From an uncultured Gammaproteobacteria bacterium (GTDB lineage Bacteria > Patescibacteriota > Patescibacteriia > Magasanikbacterales > GWA2-37-8), in the NCBI GenBank assembly GCA_964596525.1, contig CAZQUL010000001.1, positions 678,509 through 742,508 on the forward strand: a DNA stretch of 64,000 bases. Direction: 5' to 3'. Below are positions 47,919-57,630 of this stretch, piece by piece. Position 1 is the stretch's first letter, and the number at the start of each line of letters is the position of its first letter. The notes under the pieces are model-generated. The model made no database searches. It saw nothing but the letters and a program-made list of their open reading frames with translations, and was not told where the DNA came from. The position numbers and the translations under genes are program-made.

Positions 47919-49043
47919 ATGAACATGCGGCGCTCGCAAATTGATATGCGCAATCCGATTTTTGAGGAACCAGCGCGGGTAAAGATTGAAAAAACGCCGG
48001 CGAGGGAAAAAAAGGAGTCATTTCCGACTACATTTGGAGCAGCGACTGAGAAGTCTGAAGAACATAAGGATAATGAAGATGCCTATACCGTTTCCACAGA
48101 TGAAATTGGTATTTATGACGGGATGGGTAATAGTTTGCGAGCTAAAGAAGCGGCTCAAACGGTCAAGAAATTTTTTGAAGAACAGTTACGTATTTTGCCT
48201 CCTCAGCCGTCCGCTGAGGCGTTGGCTGAAAAAATGGCGGCAATCACCCGCGAGGCGAGTAAAAATCTTTATGACGCTTCTTTTGATCGAAGCGGGGTAA
48301 AACAAGGGCTTGACGAACTTGGTTCAACGGTCTCTTTCATGAAAGTATGGACCGGTAAAAATCAAGAGAAAAAAGCAGTTATCGTCCATGTCGGTGACAG
48401 TCGCATCTATCGTTTGCGTGAGGGAAAAATATCCCAGCTCACCGAAGATGAATCTGTTTCCAATTGGACCATCGAGCATTCCGGTGTAAGTCCGGAAGGA
48501 CAGCGGCGAGTAAAAGAAGCTCTTGATACTTTTGAAAACGATAAAGATGTTCATCTTGTTGAAGATGAGAAAATCCTTTTTGATTTGGCGTTTAAAAAAC
48601 GCAATAGTATTCGCCAGGCTTTGGGTAAAGAATCCGTCGAGCCACGCACCTATATTTATTCTATCCAGCCGGGCGATGAATATTTCGCCATGTCTGACGG
48701 CATTAGCGATCCGCTCACGAATAAACGCATCGAACGCTCGCTTGCAGGCGACCCTGAGCGTACCATGGAACAGAAAGCGCGGGATTTGATAATGGAAGTC
48801 CATAAAGCCAACGCTGAAGGCATTAAGCGCAAGAAATTTGATGATAAAACCGTTGTCGGCATTGGATTTAGCGAAGAGCTGCCCGACTTATCGGCCGATT
48901 TGATGGAAATGGTTGATGACGAAGGCGAGTTTATCGATCCTGACGATTTGTTTGTGGTTAAGGAAGTTGTAAAAAAACCAGCTCGACCACCTCGCAAACC
49001 CACCGCTCCGCCGCCGTTGCCGCGTATGAAAAAAGCGGCCTAA
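47919..49043 (+). CDS. PP2C-family protein phosphatase
   Basis: NEDAY, YDGMG, HVGDSRIY, SDGISD, DDKT; start codon uncertain. Confidence 0.88.
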   Translation: MNMRRSQIDMRNPIFEEPARVKIEKTPAREKKESFPTTFGAATEKSEEHKDNEDAYTVSTDEIGIYDGMGNSLRAKEAAQTVKKFFEEQLRILPPQPSAEALAEKMAAITREASKNLYDASFDRSGVKQGLDELGSTVSFMKVWTGKNQEKKAVIVHVGDSRIYRLREGKISQLTEDESVSNWTIEHSGVSPEGQRRVKEALDTFENDKDVHLVEDEKILFDLAFKKRNSIRQALGKESVEPRTYIYSIQPGDEYFAMSDGISDPLTNKRIERSLAGDPERTMEQKARDLIMEVHKANAEGIKRKKFDDKTVVGIGFSEELPDLSADLMEMVDDEGEFIDPDDLFVVKEVVKKPARPPRKPTAPPPLPRMKKAA

Positions 49044-49057
49044 CTTCTTGATGCTCG

Positions 49058-50188
49058 ATGAAAAAAGGTTCTCTTGCTTCGGCGTTATTTATTATTACCG
49101 GCGTCACGATCGGCGCCGGTATTTTCGGTTTGCCGCGGATGGTGGCGGTATTTGGCATTGTGCCGAGTCTTGTGGTGCTGGCTATCTTGGGGGCGGTAAT
49201 GATGTTTTTTAATACGCTTGTAGCCGAGCTTGTCAGTGCCACGCGCACGCCGCTCCAGTTGCCAGGATTGGCCGGGCGCTATGCTGGTTCGCTTTTTAAG
49301 GATATTTTGGCGCTCACTCAGGTGGGGAGTTTGTACGGGTCGCTCGTCGCCTATATTGTTGGTGCCGGTGATACTATTCAGGGTCTTGTGCCGCAGGTGC
49401 CGGTTGCGTGGATCAAATTGGTCTTTGGATGTGTTCTCGCTCTACCTGTTTGGGCAGGACTCAAGTGCGTAGTTGTCGTTGAGCGAAAAATCGGGCGTGT
49501 GCTGATCGGTTCGCTCATCGTGTGTGCCCTTATTGTCGCTACGCGAATATCACCGGATGCTCTCGTAGAGCGGCCGCCAGCGTGGGGGAGTTTGGTACAA
49601 ACGATCGCTGTGATGGTATTCGCGCTCCATGGCGCGCCTGGTATTCCGGTCGCTGAAAAGCCTGCGGGTGACCGGCGGCGGCTCAAAAAAGCGGTTATGC
49701 TCGGCACCTTGATTCCTGTTGGTGTATATGCAATTTTTTCCGCCGCCTTTGCAGGCGCGCTCGGGACGGCCACCCCAGATATTGCAACTGCCGGACTCTA
49801 CGCCCTATTTGGTGAGCCGTGGGGAACGCTCGGCCGCATTATTACCGTCTTGGCGTTCACAGGAGCGTTCGTCGGTATTGCAACGGCTCTTAAAGACCTG
49901 TGGCAATGGGATTTTGGCGTGCCAAGCCGCTATGCGTCTTCCCTCGTTCTCGTACCGCCGCTTATTGTAGCGGTAAGTGGTCGGTTACATTTTTTGGATA
50001 TTCTTGCGGCAGTGGGTGGTATCATTATTGCTTGCGAGATGATCGTTATTATTGGTACATATTGGTGTGCGGTGTATAAAAAGGCGCTGCGTTTGCATCC
50101 GCGTGCTCTGGCTGTGAGGGTCGTTGGTTCGTGTGCGGTGGTTGCTCTCGCGCTTGCAGTAGGGGTGGCGACGGTTTTAATCCTCTGA
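49058..50188 (+). CDS. Aromatic amino acid permease family (TyrP/Mtr-like) transporter
   Basis: GVTIGAGIFGLP; about 11 TM helices. Confidence 0.85.
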   Translation: MKKGSLASALFIITGVTIGAGIFGLPRMVAVFGIVPSLVVLAILGAVMMFFNTLVAELVSATRTPLQLPGLAGRYAGSLFKDILALTQVGSLYGSLVAYIVGAGDTIQGLVPQVPVAWIKLVFGCVLALPVWAGLKCVVVVERKIGRVLIGSLIVCALIVATRISPDALVERPPAWGSLVQTIAVMVFALHGAPGIPVAEKPAGDRRRLKKAVMLGTLIPVGVYAIFSAAFAGALGTATPDIATAGLYALFGEPWGTLGRIITVLAFTGAFVGIATALKDLWQWDFGVPSRYASSLVLVPPLIVAVSGRLHFLDILAAVGGIIIACEMIVIIGTYWCAVYKKALRLHPRALAVRVVGSCAVVALALAVGVATVLIL

Positions 50189-50277
50189 TTCACTTGACGT
50201 ACTGAACTCGCAGGGTAAGATACCAAACTCGCTCTGTATCGTGTCTACCTTGCACGCTTAACCTAAAGGGGGATGTC

Positions 50278-50829
50278 ATGAAAATCATCATCGGCTTCGG
50301 ATACAGCGATGAAAAGTATGAACACCTGCCCGGTTCCTGGGGCGTGCACGTTGTCCGCCGCGCGGCCGAGCTGGAAGAGGCGGAATTTGAGACCGTCGAA
50401 CACTATCATGCTCGCATTGCCACGTTTCCTGGTGGAATGTTCTGTATGCCGTTGCCCGGAGTTGAGCCACGGATAGCCGCGCTTAGCGTTCTTGAGAGAG
50501 AGCAGCCCAGCATTGAGCGGATGTCTCGGGAAGTGCTGGTTATTTTTCAAAGCACCGAGTATCCGACTGGCGTGGTGAATCTTGCTACAAAAATCCAGCC
50601 TTTTACTACAGTGCCTAACCCGGACGTAAAAAGTTTGGCCGAACAGGTCTGTCGTGGTTGCTCAAAACCGGGCCTTTTTGCTCGGCTGAGTATCAGCTTT
50701 GGTCAATCTTCGCCGTTTCTTCCGGTTCGTATCGGTTCGCGTTCGGTGTACGAGCGGACCTTTATGGATTCTGTACAGCGCGGAACTGTCTTGACTCGTT
50801 ACTGGTTGGCTGGTAAGGCCGGTGTATAG
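50278..50829 (+). CDS. Divergent peptidyl-tRNA hydrolase-fold protein, catalytic residues apparently lost
   Basis: MKIIIGFGYSDEKYE, VLVIFQSTEYPTG, DVKSL and FARLSISFG follow the order of Pth motifs. Confidence 0.6.
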   Translation: MKIIIGFGYSDEKYEHLPGSWGVHVVRRAAELEEAEFETVEHYHARIATFPGGMFCMPLPGVEPRIAALSVLEREQPSIERMSREVLVIFQSTEYPTGVVNLATKIQPFTTVPNPDVKSLAEQVCRGCSKPGLFARLSISFGQSSPFLPVRIGSRSVYERTFMDSVQRGTVLTRYWLAGKAGV

Positions 50830-50957
50830 CGTTCATAACGAACTATGCAGCAAAGGGGGAACACGGACCTCCCTCCGTGTTTTTTTAAGACTTTCATGGG
50901 GTGAAACTTGACTAAACTCCGTTTTTTTGCTAAAAAAGACTATTATTTTCTTATTAT

Positions 50958-52952
50958 ATGCGCCGCCCACATTTTACCCTGATTTTAGCAGCTGTAGTGC
51001 TTGCGGCAGCGGCCCTTCCGGCCCTGGCTCAAGCCAAAACCACCGCTAACTTGCTTTCCCAGCCAGACTGGTTTCGTTATGGTGTTAATCCGTGGGATAA
51101 AGACACGGATAATGACGGTTGGACTGATGATTGGGAAGTAAAAAGCGGTTATTGCCCAACCTTTCCTGGTGCTCTCAAAATCACTGACCAGAACTGCAAA
51201 AAAGGCACCTTTGATCTCAAAACCGGCCGTTACACACCGCCAGCCAATACCACGTTTTACCCAGCGCGCGATATACGCGCTATCGGTACCTGCAATGCGC
51301 TTTCTCAGGTTCTTGCCCAAAAATCCGCCGTTGAACCGCTCGGGACAACCGAAAAGACCGCAATTTCGGGTGATGAGGGGGTAGTTTTAACGCGTAACGA
51401 TTCTCGTTATCTGTATACCATCCAGTCGCGCGCCTTGCGGATCGTTGAGCTGAGCCCCACGTCGAGCAAGCCCCTTCTCTCAAGTACTCTGCTTGCCGAT
51501 ACTTTCCGCCCGGAACGCCTCTATGTGTATGGGGATACGGCCCTTGTTATGGGTCCGGCTTACAATACCCGCACCTACGAAGAAAGCGCGACTCATCTTG
51601 AGTGGTGGGATCTGCGTAATCGCCGCGCCCCGCGCCTCTTGCGCGTAATGCAGGTTGAAGGTGCGTTGCTCGCCACACAGCTTTATGACGGCTCTGTCTA
51701 TGCGGCCTTAAGTTTGCAAGAAGATGCTACTGCGCCGCGTTTTTCGGCGACTGCTGTGCTTAAAGGTTTATGGTTCTATCGCGATTTGAGCGGTCGGGTA
51801 ATGTCCGACATGGCCGCTAAACCGTGGCAGATTTTGAGCCGTTGCAATGATGCCGAAGTTATCGCGCCGTTGCGCGGGCAGGGTATTATCGAGCTGGCTG
51901 CTTTCTCGCTGCGCTATCCGCTCTCCAAACCGTTCCAAACCACGCTGATTGGCGTTGCTAAAACCGATGAATTGCATGTCGGCGTTGCTGGTACATGGTA
52001 TCTTTTGTCGCCCGACTTCAGCTATTCGTGGCTTGCCGCCAATGCTTCCGAGCGCACCGAAATCTACCGTCTGACTCTCGGTAAAAACACTATCCAGTTC
52101 TCGGGAGCGCAGACCGTGCCAGGCACGTTCGTTTCGGGTGGTTTGGGGTACACAGGTGGCATACTCCGTCTTGCAACTACCATCCAAAAATCGCCGCTCG
52201 TCGGCCAGGAGAACAACTTCATCAATAATCTCTATTTCTTGGATGCCGATCTCGATCGTATTGCGTGGTATGAAGGATTCTTACCGTGGGAGAAAATCAT
52301 TGACGCTACCTTTATTGGCGAGCGCATCTATGTGCGCACCGACATGCCGGAGCGCGGTCTCTTTGTTATGAATTTCGGTTCTGACCGCATCCCCAAAGAA
52401 ATCGGCCGCCTTAATGCTATCGGCCTTACCTTAGTTAAATCTGCTGGAAAAAATAGCCTCATCGCTTTGGGTGCTCCGTCGCGTCTTACCACCACAACCC
52501 CGGGTTTTGCGTGGCATCAGGGTCTCAAGCTCTCCCTGCTCAATGTTGAAAACAGCGATCGTTTTGCCGAATGGCCCGAGTTTATCGGTGACCGCGGCAC
52601 CGTATCGCCGGTCTTTGATACAGAACGGCGTTTGGTGACCAACGGCACCTATGTGGTCTTACCTGTGTCGCGGGCTGTTTTGCCTGCGGCAGTAAAAGCC
52701 GCCGAACCAACCAGCACTCTTCCTTTTGCTACGCCTTCCGAATCTGAACTCGTGATCTATCGCGCCATCGGCAATCAACTCGTGTATGCCGGCGCCATTT
52801 CGCCCATGAGCTCGTGGGCGACGTATCCCTTCGCCTCCGATCTTGCGGTTGATAGTTTCATCCGGGGCACTACGCTTTACGCGGTTTCCCCTGACGGTGT
52901 TGAGATGTATGATCTCTCGACGCTTGGCTACATCCGCCGTGTTTCCTGGTAA
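50958..52952 (+). CDS. Secreted beta-propeller domain protein with an N-terminal DxDxDG motif
   Basis: Signal peptide; DTDNDGWTD; GILRLATT, NNLYFLD, GLKLSLLNV, IGDRGT (Beta_propel-like). Confidence 0.75.
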   Translation: MRRPHFTLILAAVVLAAAALPALAQAKTTANLLSQPDWFRYGVNPWDKDTDNDGWTDDWEVKSGYCPTFPGALKITDQNCKKGTFDLKTGRYTPPANTTFYPARDIRAIGTCNALSQVLAQKSAVEPLGTTEKTAISGDEGVVLTRNDSRYLYTIQSRALRIVELSPTSSKPLLSSTLLADTFRPERLYVYGDTALVMGPAYNTRTYEESATHLEWWDLRNRRAPRLLRVMQVEGALLATQLYDGSVYAALSLQEDATAPRFSATAVLKGLWFYRDLSGRVMSDMAAKPWQILSRCNDAEVIAPLRGQGIIELAAFSLRYPLSKPFQTTLIGVAKTDELHVGVAGTWYLLSPDFSYSWLAANASERTEIYRLTLGKNTIQFSGAQTVPGTFVSGGLGYTGGILRLATTIQKSPLVGQENNFINNLYFLDADLDRIAWYEGFLPWEKIIDATFIGERIYVRTDMPERGLFVMNFGSDRIPKEIGRLNAIGLTLVKSAGKNSLIALGAPSRLTTTTPGFAWHQGLKLSLLNVENSDRFAEWPEFIGDRGTVSPVFDTERRLVTNGTYVVLPVSRAVLPAAVKAAEPTSTLPFATPSESELVIYRAIGNQLVYAGAISPMSSWATYPFASDLAVDSFIRGTTLYAVSPDGVEMYDLSTLGYIRRVSW

Positions 52953-52957
52953 GCTTT

Positions 52958-53003
52958 TAAAAACACTACGACCTCGGTACAGCCGAGGTCGTAGTGTTTT
53001 TTT
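52958..53003. terminator. Bidirectional terminator
   Basis: AAAAACACTACGACCTCGG / CCGAGGTCGTAGTGTTTTT perfect stem. Confidence 0.85.
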
Positions 53004-53078
53004 GTGATTTTTTTACTTTTATAATCCGTTAGTGGTGCGTTTATCGTTACGTGCGATTCCTCGTTGATGTGGGATTAT

Positions 53079-54761
53079 CTATCGCACTACACGGGCACCA
53101 GCACCCCGCCCTTTATCGTTGGGTGCAAGAACGGTGGTGATCGACGGAAACGTCGAAGAAATAAGGCGGCCGGTCGTTTCGTCAGTTGCGTTGAAGCGTG
53201 CGGAAACGAGCAGGGGGATTGTACCGATCTGTTCTTCGGTCGGCGTTAGCGCAACCTCGAAAAACCAGGTGGTTGTTACGTTTCTTAGGCGTGAACCCTC
53301 CCAGTGAAGTTCGTTCGCCGATGTTGTAGACGTTTTTCCAACCTCTCCTTCATCGACAAAGAATTTACCTGTAAAACGCGTGCCGGGAGCACTGGTGAGT
53401 TCGATGGCGGGGTTACTGATGCGGCCTCGTTCGCCAACTACCTCAAGCACGGCCAGATACCGCGTGGTCTCGCCCACTGTTGGAGGTAAAGGACCGCGCC
53501 CAAGCTGGTCGCCTTCGGGTGAGTAGTAGCGGGTGAGAGCGTTCACCTGTACGGTGGCAGCTACGGGGAGCTTGAGCGGCGCGCCAGCAACGTGGGTTGT
53601 GGCTGCTTCGGGTGTCGTAAGTATTAAGCGGGGGGTGAGAGTTATGTGTTCCGTTGAGGGTAACCCTTTGGTTGAAAATCGCACGGTAACGGTACTGGTA
53701 GCTGTGGCCGATGGTTCAAGAATCGTTGTGGAGAGCGGAAGGACAAGTTCACGAGTTCGGCCACGTGCACTTTCAAACCACGCACCTTCTTCGGTTGTTA
53801 GTTCAAGCGATAATGCTCCAAAGGAAAGGGGGCTTTTATTCGTCCATTGAACATTAAACGCGTACGTTTCGCCGGCTTCGATTGCTAGGGCAGAATTTTT
53901 AGGCTCTATCGTTACTTCTACGGCTGGGGGTTTGATGAAAAAAGATTTTGTTAGATTAACCTGGCGTAGTTTTTTTCCGTTCCGTTCTAGTGTTACTTCA
54001 GCACGCCAATCATGACGTCCGACATCGGCCAGGGCAGTGCCAGTTACAGAAAATGTGTATGGCTTTGCTGTGGGTAGTTCCAGCGTGGGGGAGGGGAGTG
54101 GAATCTGGTTAGTGTCCCGCCAGAGCGCTGTGCTTACAGGAAGTGTGCCCGAGCTATGGTTGAGAAGCGTTAAAGCAAACGGTGTTTTTTCAAAAGGGTA
54201 GTGTTCGGCTGCGGCAATGGCGCGAGCTTCAATAACACTACGTTCAGCACGCAAGAAAAAGGGGGTTGTTTCTTCGTGCATGCGTTCAGAGGGGCCGTAA
54301 AAAAGTGTGGCAAAGATGGTTTCTTCGCTGTCGACGTTAGTCCACAACACGCCGGGAATCAAAAGCGTGCGGGTTTCTTTGGGGCCCAGTTCGACAAAGG
54401 GAATAATAAGACTCCTCTTATCGCTTAAAACTCCATGTGTATCCGACTCAAAAACGATGCCAGTGGTGGCACGCAGGACGAGGTCATTATCCGTGAAGGT
54501 TTTTTCGGTAGCATTAGTGACGGTAACGGATAGTGGTACCCGGCCACCGCTCGTCAGTTGCTCTTGACCGAGTGAAACCGATATCGATATATCTGGTTGG
54601 TACGGACGATTGGCAACGAACATGGTAACAGTAACCACCAAAAGACCAATCATGATAGCGACGAGCGTGGCGTCAAACGCAAAGACGTGCCGGGCAAAAC
54701 GGTAGTGGGGGTGATAGTGGGCGTGGTAAAATCGGGAAACAAGCCTGAGCAGATGACGCAT
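53079..54761 (-). CDS. Membrane-anchored Ig-like repeat protein
   Basis: N-terminal TM helix; beta-rich repeats; RYYSPEGDQLGRGPLPPTVGETT motif. Confidence 0.75.
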   Translation of the reverse strand: MRHLLRLVSRFYHAHYHPHYRFARHVFAFDATLVAIMIGLLVVTVTMFVANRPYQPDISISVSLGQEQLTSGGRVPLSVTVTNATEKTFTDNDLVLRATTGIVFESDTHGVLSDKRSLIIPFVELGPKETRTLLIPGVLWTNVDSEETIFATLFYGPSERMHEETTPFFLRAERSVIEARAIAAAEHYPFEKTPFALTLLNHSSGTLPVSTALWRDTNQIPLPSPTLELPTAKPYTFSVTGTALADVGRHDWRAEVTLERNGKKLRQVNLTKSFFIKPPAVEVTIEPKNSALAIEAGETYAFNVQWTNKSPLSFGALSLELTTEEGAWFESARGRTRELVLPLSTTILEPSATATSTVTVRFSTKGLPSTEHITLTPRLILTTPEAATTHVAGAPLKLPVAATVQVNALTRYYSPEGDQLGRGPLPPTVGETTRYLAVLEVVGERGRISNPAIELTSAPGTRFTGKFFVDEGEVGKTSTTSANELHWEGSRLRNVTTTWFFEVALTPTEEQIGTIPLLVSARFNATDETTGRLISSTFPSITTVLAPNDKGRGAGARVVR

Positions 54762-54773
54762 AGAGATGCGTTT

Positions 54774-55130
54774 TTAAAGAGTAGGAGTATCGTCTGGTGT
54801 TGCAGACAGAAAAGTATCCTCATTTCGCTCTTCATCCGGTTTGGGTGCGGTAAAGGCCTTGGGGTTGGGGGAGTAGAGCGGGTTTTTTATCTTCCAGCGT
54901 TCTACAAACTGGCCGATACCTTTTCTGGCCAGTTTATTACGTGTAGTGGTGCGTTTCTGTGACCATTTCACCAGGCTTTCAAAATTGAGCTTGTACCGCC
55001 CGCCGACAACCACGTAGGTAACTTCTTGCGCAGTAATCGCACGGCGGATAGTTTGGGCGTTTACGCCAAAAAGCCTTGCAGCTTCAGAAACCGAAACGCG
55101 GATAAGCTCCTTCTTATCATCAAGTTCCAT
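54774..55130 (-). CDS. Excisionase-family (HTH_17-like) DNA-binding protein
   Basis: VSVSEAARLFGVNAQTIRRAI...VGGRYKL. Confidence 0.8.
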   Translation of the reverse strand: MELDDKKELIRVSVSEAARLFGVNAQTIRRAITAQEVTYVVVGGRYKLNFESLVKWSQKRTTTRNKLARKGIGQFVERWKIKNPLYSPNPKAFTAPKPDEERNEDTFLSATPDDTPTL

Positions 55131-55324
55131 AATTTGTCGACATAAGTATATACAATTAACCACGACGAGCGGTGTACTGTCAATCGGTCTCGCAGCATGA
55201 TTGTATTGACTAAAAGCTCTTTTTTTGCTAAAATATTGAACAATTATGGCGGTGTCTAAGAAGCTGTCTACCTTACGTATTCACCGCCATTTTTAGGCTT
55301 TATTTCCATGCTTCAGGTGCCGGG

Positions 55325-55350
55325 TGTAACATTTCTTGTTTTCTAGCGTC
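55325..55350 (+). promoter_or_regulatory. Putative ECF-sigma autoregulatory promoter
   Basis: TGTAAC-16 nt-CGTC, 7 nt before the sigma gene ATG; matches the AAC/CGT ECF consensus. Confidence 0.6.
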
Positions 55351-55357
55351 TTATTAC

Positions 55358-55915
55358 ATGAACACGCTGACAGAGGCTTACTTATTGGCAAAAATCAAAG
55401 CCAGCCGCGATCCTGAAGCGTTTGGCAAGCTCTATGATGCCTACGTCGGTTCCATCTATCGTTTTATTTTTTTCAAAGTAGGGAGTCAGGAAGATGCCGA
55501 AGATTTGTCGGCTGACGTGTTCCTCAAAACCTGGAACTACCTTACCGAGCACGGTGATGAAGTGAAAAGCTTCAGCGCGCTCGTGTACCGCATCGCCCGC
55601 ACCACGATCATCGATTGGTACCGTGCCCGGGCTCGCAAGCCCACGGTGTCCATTGATCGCGATGATGCAGTGGCTGACGAAACAAGTGATCGCCATGCTT
55701 GGGTCAAGTCCATCCATACCGAACTTGAGCACAAAGAAGTCCTTGCTGCCATGGAACGCCTTAAGCATGACTATCAGGAGCTCATAGTCCTTCGGTATGT
55801 GGAAGGGTTCTCTATCCCCGAAATCGCCGAGATAACCGGCAAAAAAGCTTTAGTGATTCGAGTAACGCTCCATCGAGCGCTTAAAAAACTTCAAGAACTT
55901 ATCAAAAAAGATTAA
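55358..55915 (+). CDS. ECF RNA polymerase sigma factor
   Basis: AFGKLYDAY, DAEDLSADVFLK, YRIAR..IIDWYR, region 4 HTH. Confidence 0.95.
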   Translation: MNTLTEAYLLAKIKASRDPEAFGKLYDAYVGSIYRFIFFKVGSQEDAEDLSADVFLKTWNYLTEHGDEVKSFSALVYRIARTTIIDWYRARARKPTVSIDRDDAVADETSDRHAWVKSIHTELEHKEVLAAMERLKHDYQELIVLRYVEGFSIPEIAEITGKKALVIRVTLHRALKKLQELIKKD

Positions 55916-55920
55916 TCCGT

Positions 55921-57429
55921 ATGTCGTCGTTCACCCTGAAACGACAACTCAAAAGCTTGCGCACCGGCATTGTGCCGCGCGTCGCCTGGACCGAACAGAC
56001 TCGTTCGCAGCTTTTGGCGCAGATTGGCAACACGTTGCCGCGTACGGCCCCTTCGTTCTGGCGGCAGCTTCAGAGCGGTTTTTCGTTTGGCAGCCTGGTG
56101 ATGCGCCCGGTAGCGGTTCTCGTCATGTTTGCTCTTACTGCGAGCGGTTGGGTGGCTACGAGCCGCGCCGCTTTCGACACCGTGCCCGGCGATACGCTCT
56201 ATCCGGTCAAACGCGCCACCGAAAAAACTCAAATGGCCTGGGTAGAAATGATTAACGATAAAACCAAAGCCGTTGAGTTCCACCTTGAGTTGGCCAAGCG
56301 CCGCGCTCAAGAAGCCGAAAAAATTATTGTTGCCCAACCCCAAAAGAAGCCTAAAATCGCTCAGACGGTTACCAACATCAAGCAAGAATTAGTTGCTGCC
56401 AACTCCAAACTCGAAGATATTAAAAAACAAACCACTTCCGAACTTTCTTCCGCTACGGTAACTGCCTTGCAGAAGCAGACGGATGACATTAAAAAGACTT
56501 TGCAGGCGGTGAAAGCCGGCACCGACGGTTCTTTATCGAAAGAGGTTGCTGAGGTGAAGAGTCTTATCAAAGATACTGATTTGGCCACGGTAGAAGTAGC
56601 GGTCGCTGGCCATCTCAAGGGTAGTCAGGAACTTTCCAAAGAATACGTCAGTTCCCTTATCGGCAAAACGCTCCAAGAAGCGGTCGCCGAAGTGGCGGGT
56701 ACCAAAACTGCGGTTGATGAGGCTAAAAATGCGGTCGAAAATGTAGTAAAAGGCCTTTCCGACAACACGCTGATTATCGTGAGCTCTTCCACCTCTTCCA
56801 CGGTTGTCGAGATGCCGCTTGCAGCCGTAGCCAGCTCCACTTCTTCTACGCTCTTGTCTGGCACTGCTAGTACCACAGCCCCCAATTCTGTCACCACTAC
56901 ACTCCTTGTTGTTAAAGAAGTTCTTAACACAGCAGCCACCGATACAGCCCAATTCTCTGTTAAAACCGCCGCTGCCGCTGAAGTGGTTGACCAGAAAACA
57001 GAAGAAGTAAAAATACTTCTTTCGCGCGGCGAACTCAGCGAGGCTGTAAATAAAATAAAAGAAGTCGCCACAGCAGCCAAAGAGGTGGAAAAAATTTCTG
57101 ACACAGCTCGGCTCCAGCTCCAGCAAACCGTACTCCCGGCTGTTGATCGCCTGCAGTCCCGCTCCGACGCTTCCATTTCAGTAAGTTCTTCTGTAACATC
57201 ATCGGCGGTCGCTGTGATTAAAGAAAAAATCGATGCGCTGACCAAGCCGGTAGTCACTCCTTCCTCAACGCCTACCTCTACGACTGTTTCTACGGGCACG
57301 CCCCTCATGGGTGGCGGCCTCACTGCCCCGCTTGAAGCTTTATTTTCCACCTCTACAATTTCTTCCTCAACAGTGGTAACTACATCGCCGTCATCCACAA
57401 GTGTAAGTAATTCTTCCTCATCTCGTTAG
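55921..57429 (+). CDS. DUF5667-containing membrane protein, probable anti-sigma factor
   Basis: TM helix followed by VPGDTLYPVKRATE; directly downstream of the ECF sigma. Confidence 0.8.
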   Translation: MSSFTLKRQLKSLRTGIVPRVAWTEQTRSQLLAQIGNTLPRTAPSFWRQLQSGFSFGSLVMRPVAVLVMFALTASGWVATSRAAFDTVPGDTLYPVKRATEKTQMAWVEMINDKTKAVEFHLELAKRRAQEAEKIIVAQPQKKPKIAQTVTNIKQELVAANSKLEDIKKQTTSELSSATVTALQKQTDDIKKTLQAVKAGTDGSLSKEVAEVKSLIKDTDLATVEVAVAGHLKGSQELSKEYVSSLIGKTLQEAVAEVAGTKTAVDEAKNAVENVVKGLSDNTLIIVSSSTSSTVVEMPLAAVASSTSSTLLSGTASTTAPNSVTTTLLVVKEVLNTAATDTAQFSVKTAAAAEVVDQKTEEVKILLSRGELSEAVNKIKEVATAAKEVEKISDTARLQLQQTVLPAVDRLQSRSDASISVSSSVTSSAVAVIKEKIDALTKPVVTPSSTPTSTTVSTGTPLMGGGLTAPLEALFSTSTISSSTVVTTSPSSTSVSNSSSSR

Positions 57430-57436
57430 GTATAAT

Positions 57437-57612
57437 GAGGGCACGAATCCTCTTTCGTGCAGAGAAGGTTAGCGCCTTTTCTGCCGGAGAGGGGATTTCA
57501 AACGGTCAGGACCAAAAAAGGTCGAGCGCTCATATGAGCGTGCCTGGCTTTTGTGAGAAAGGTGGTTGAGAAATCGATTGCCTTTCAAAAAGGCTGCCTA
57601 CGGGCAACCTCA
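57437..57612 (+). ncRNA. Putative structured 5' leader of the S-layer-like gene
   Basis: Follows TATAAT (57431-57436); four consecutive stem-loop domains, including GAAA and TACG tetraloops. Confidence 0.55.
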
Positions 57613-57630
57613 ATACTATTTATCTTATTT

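Noticed and set aside
54774-55130. Excisionase marking a mobile element
   Set aside because: No integrase or att-like repeat nearby; the flanks look like resident chromosomal genes.
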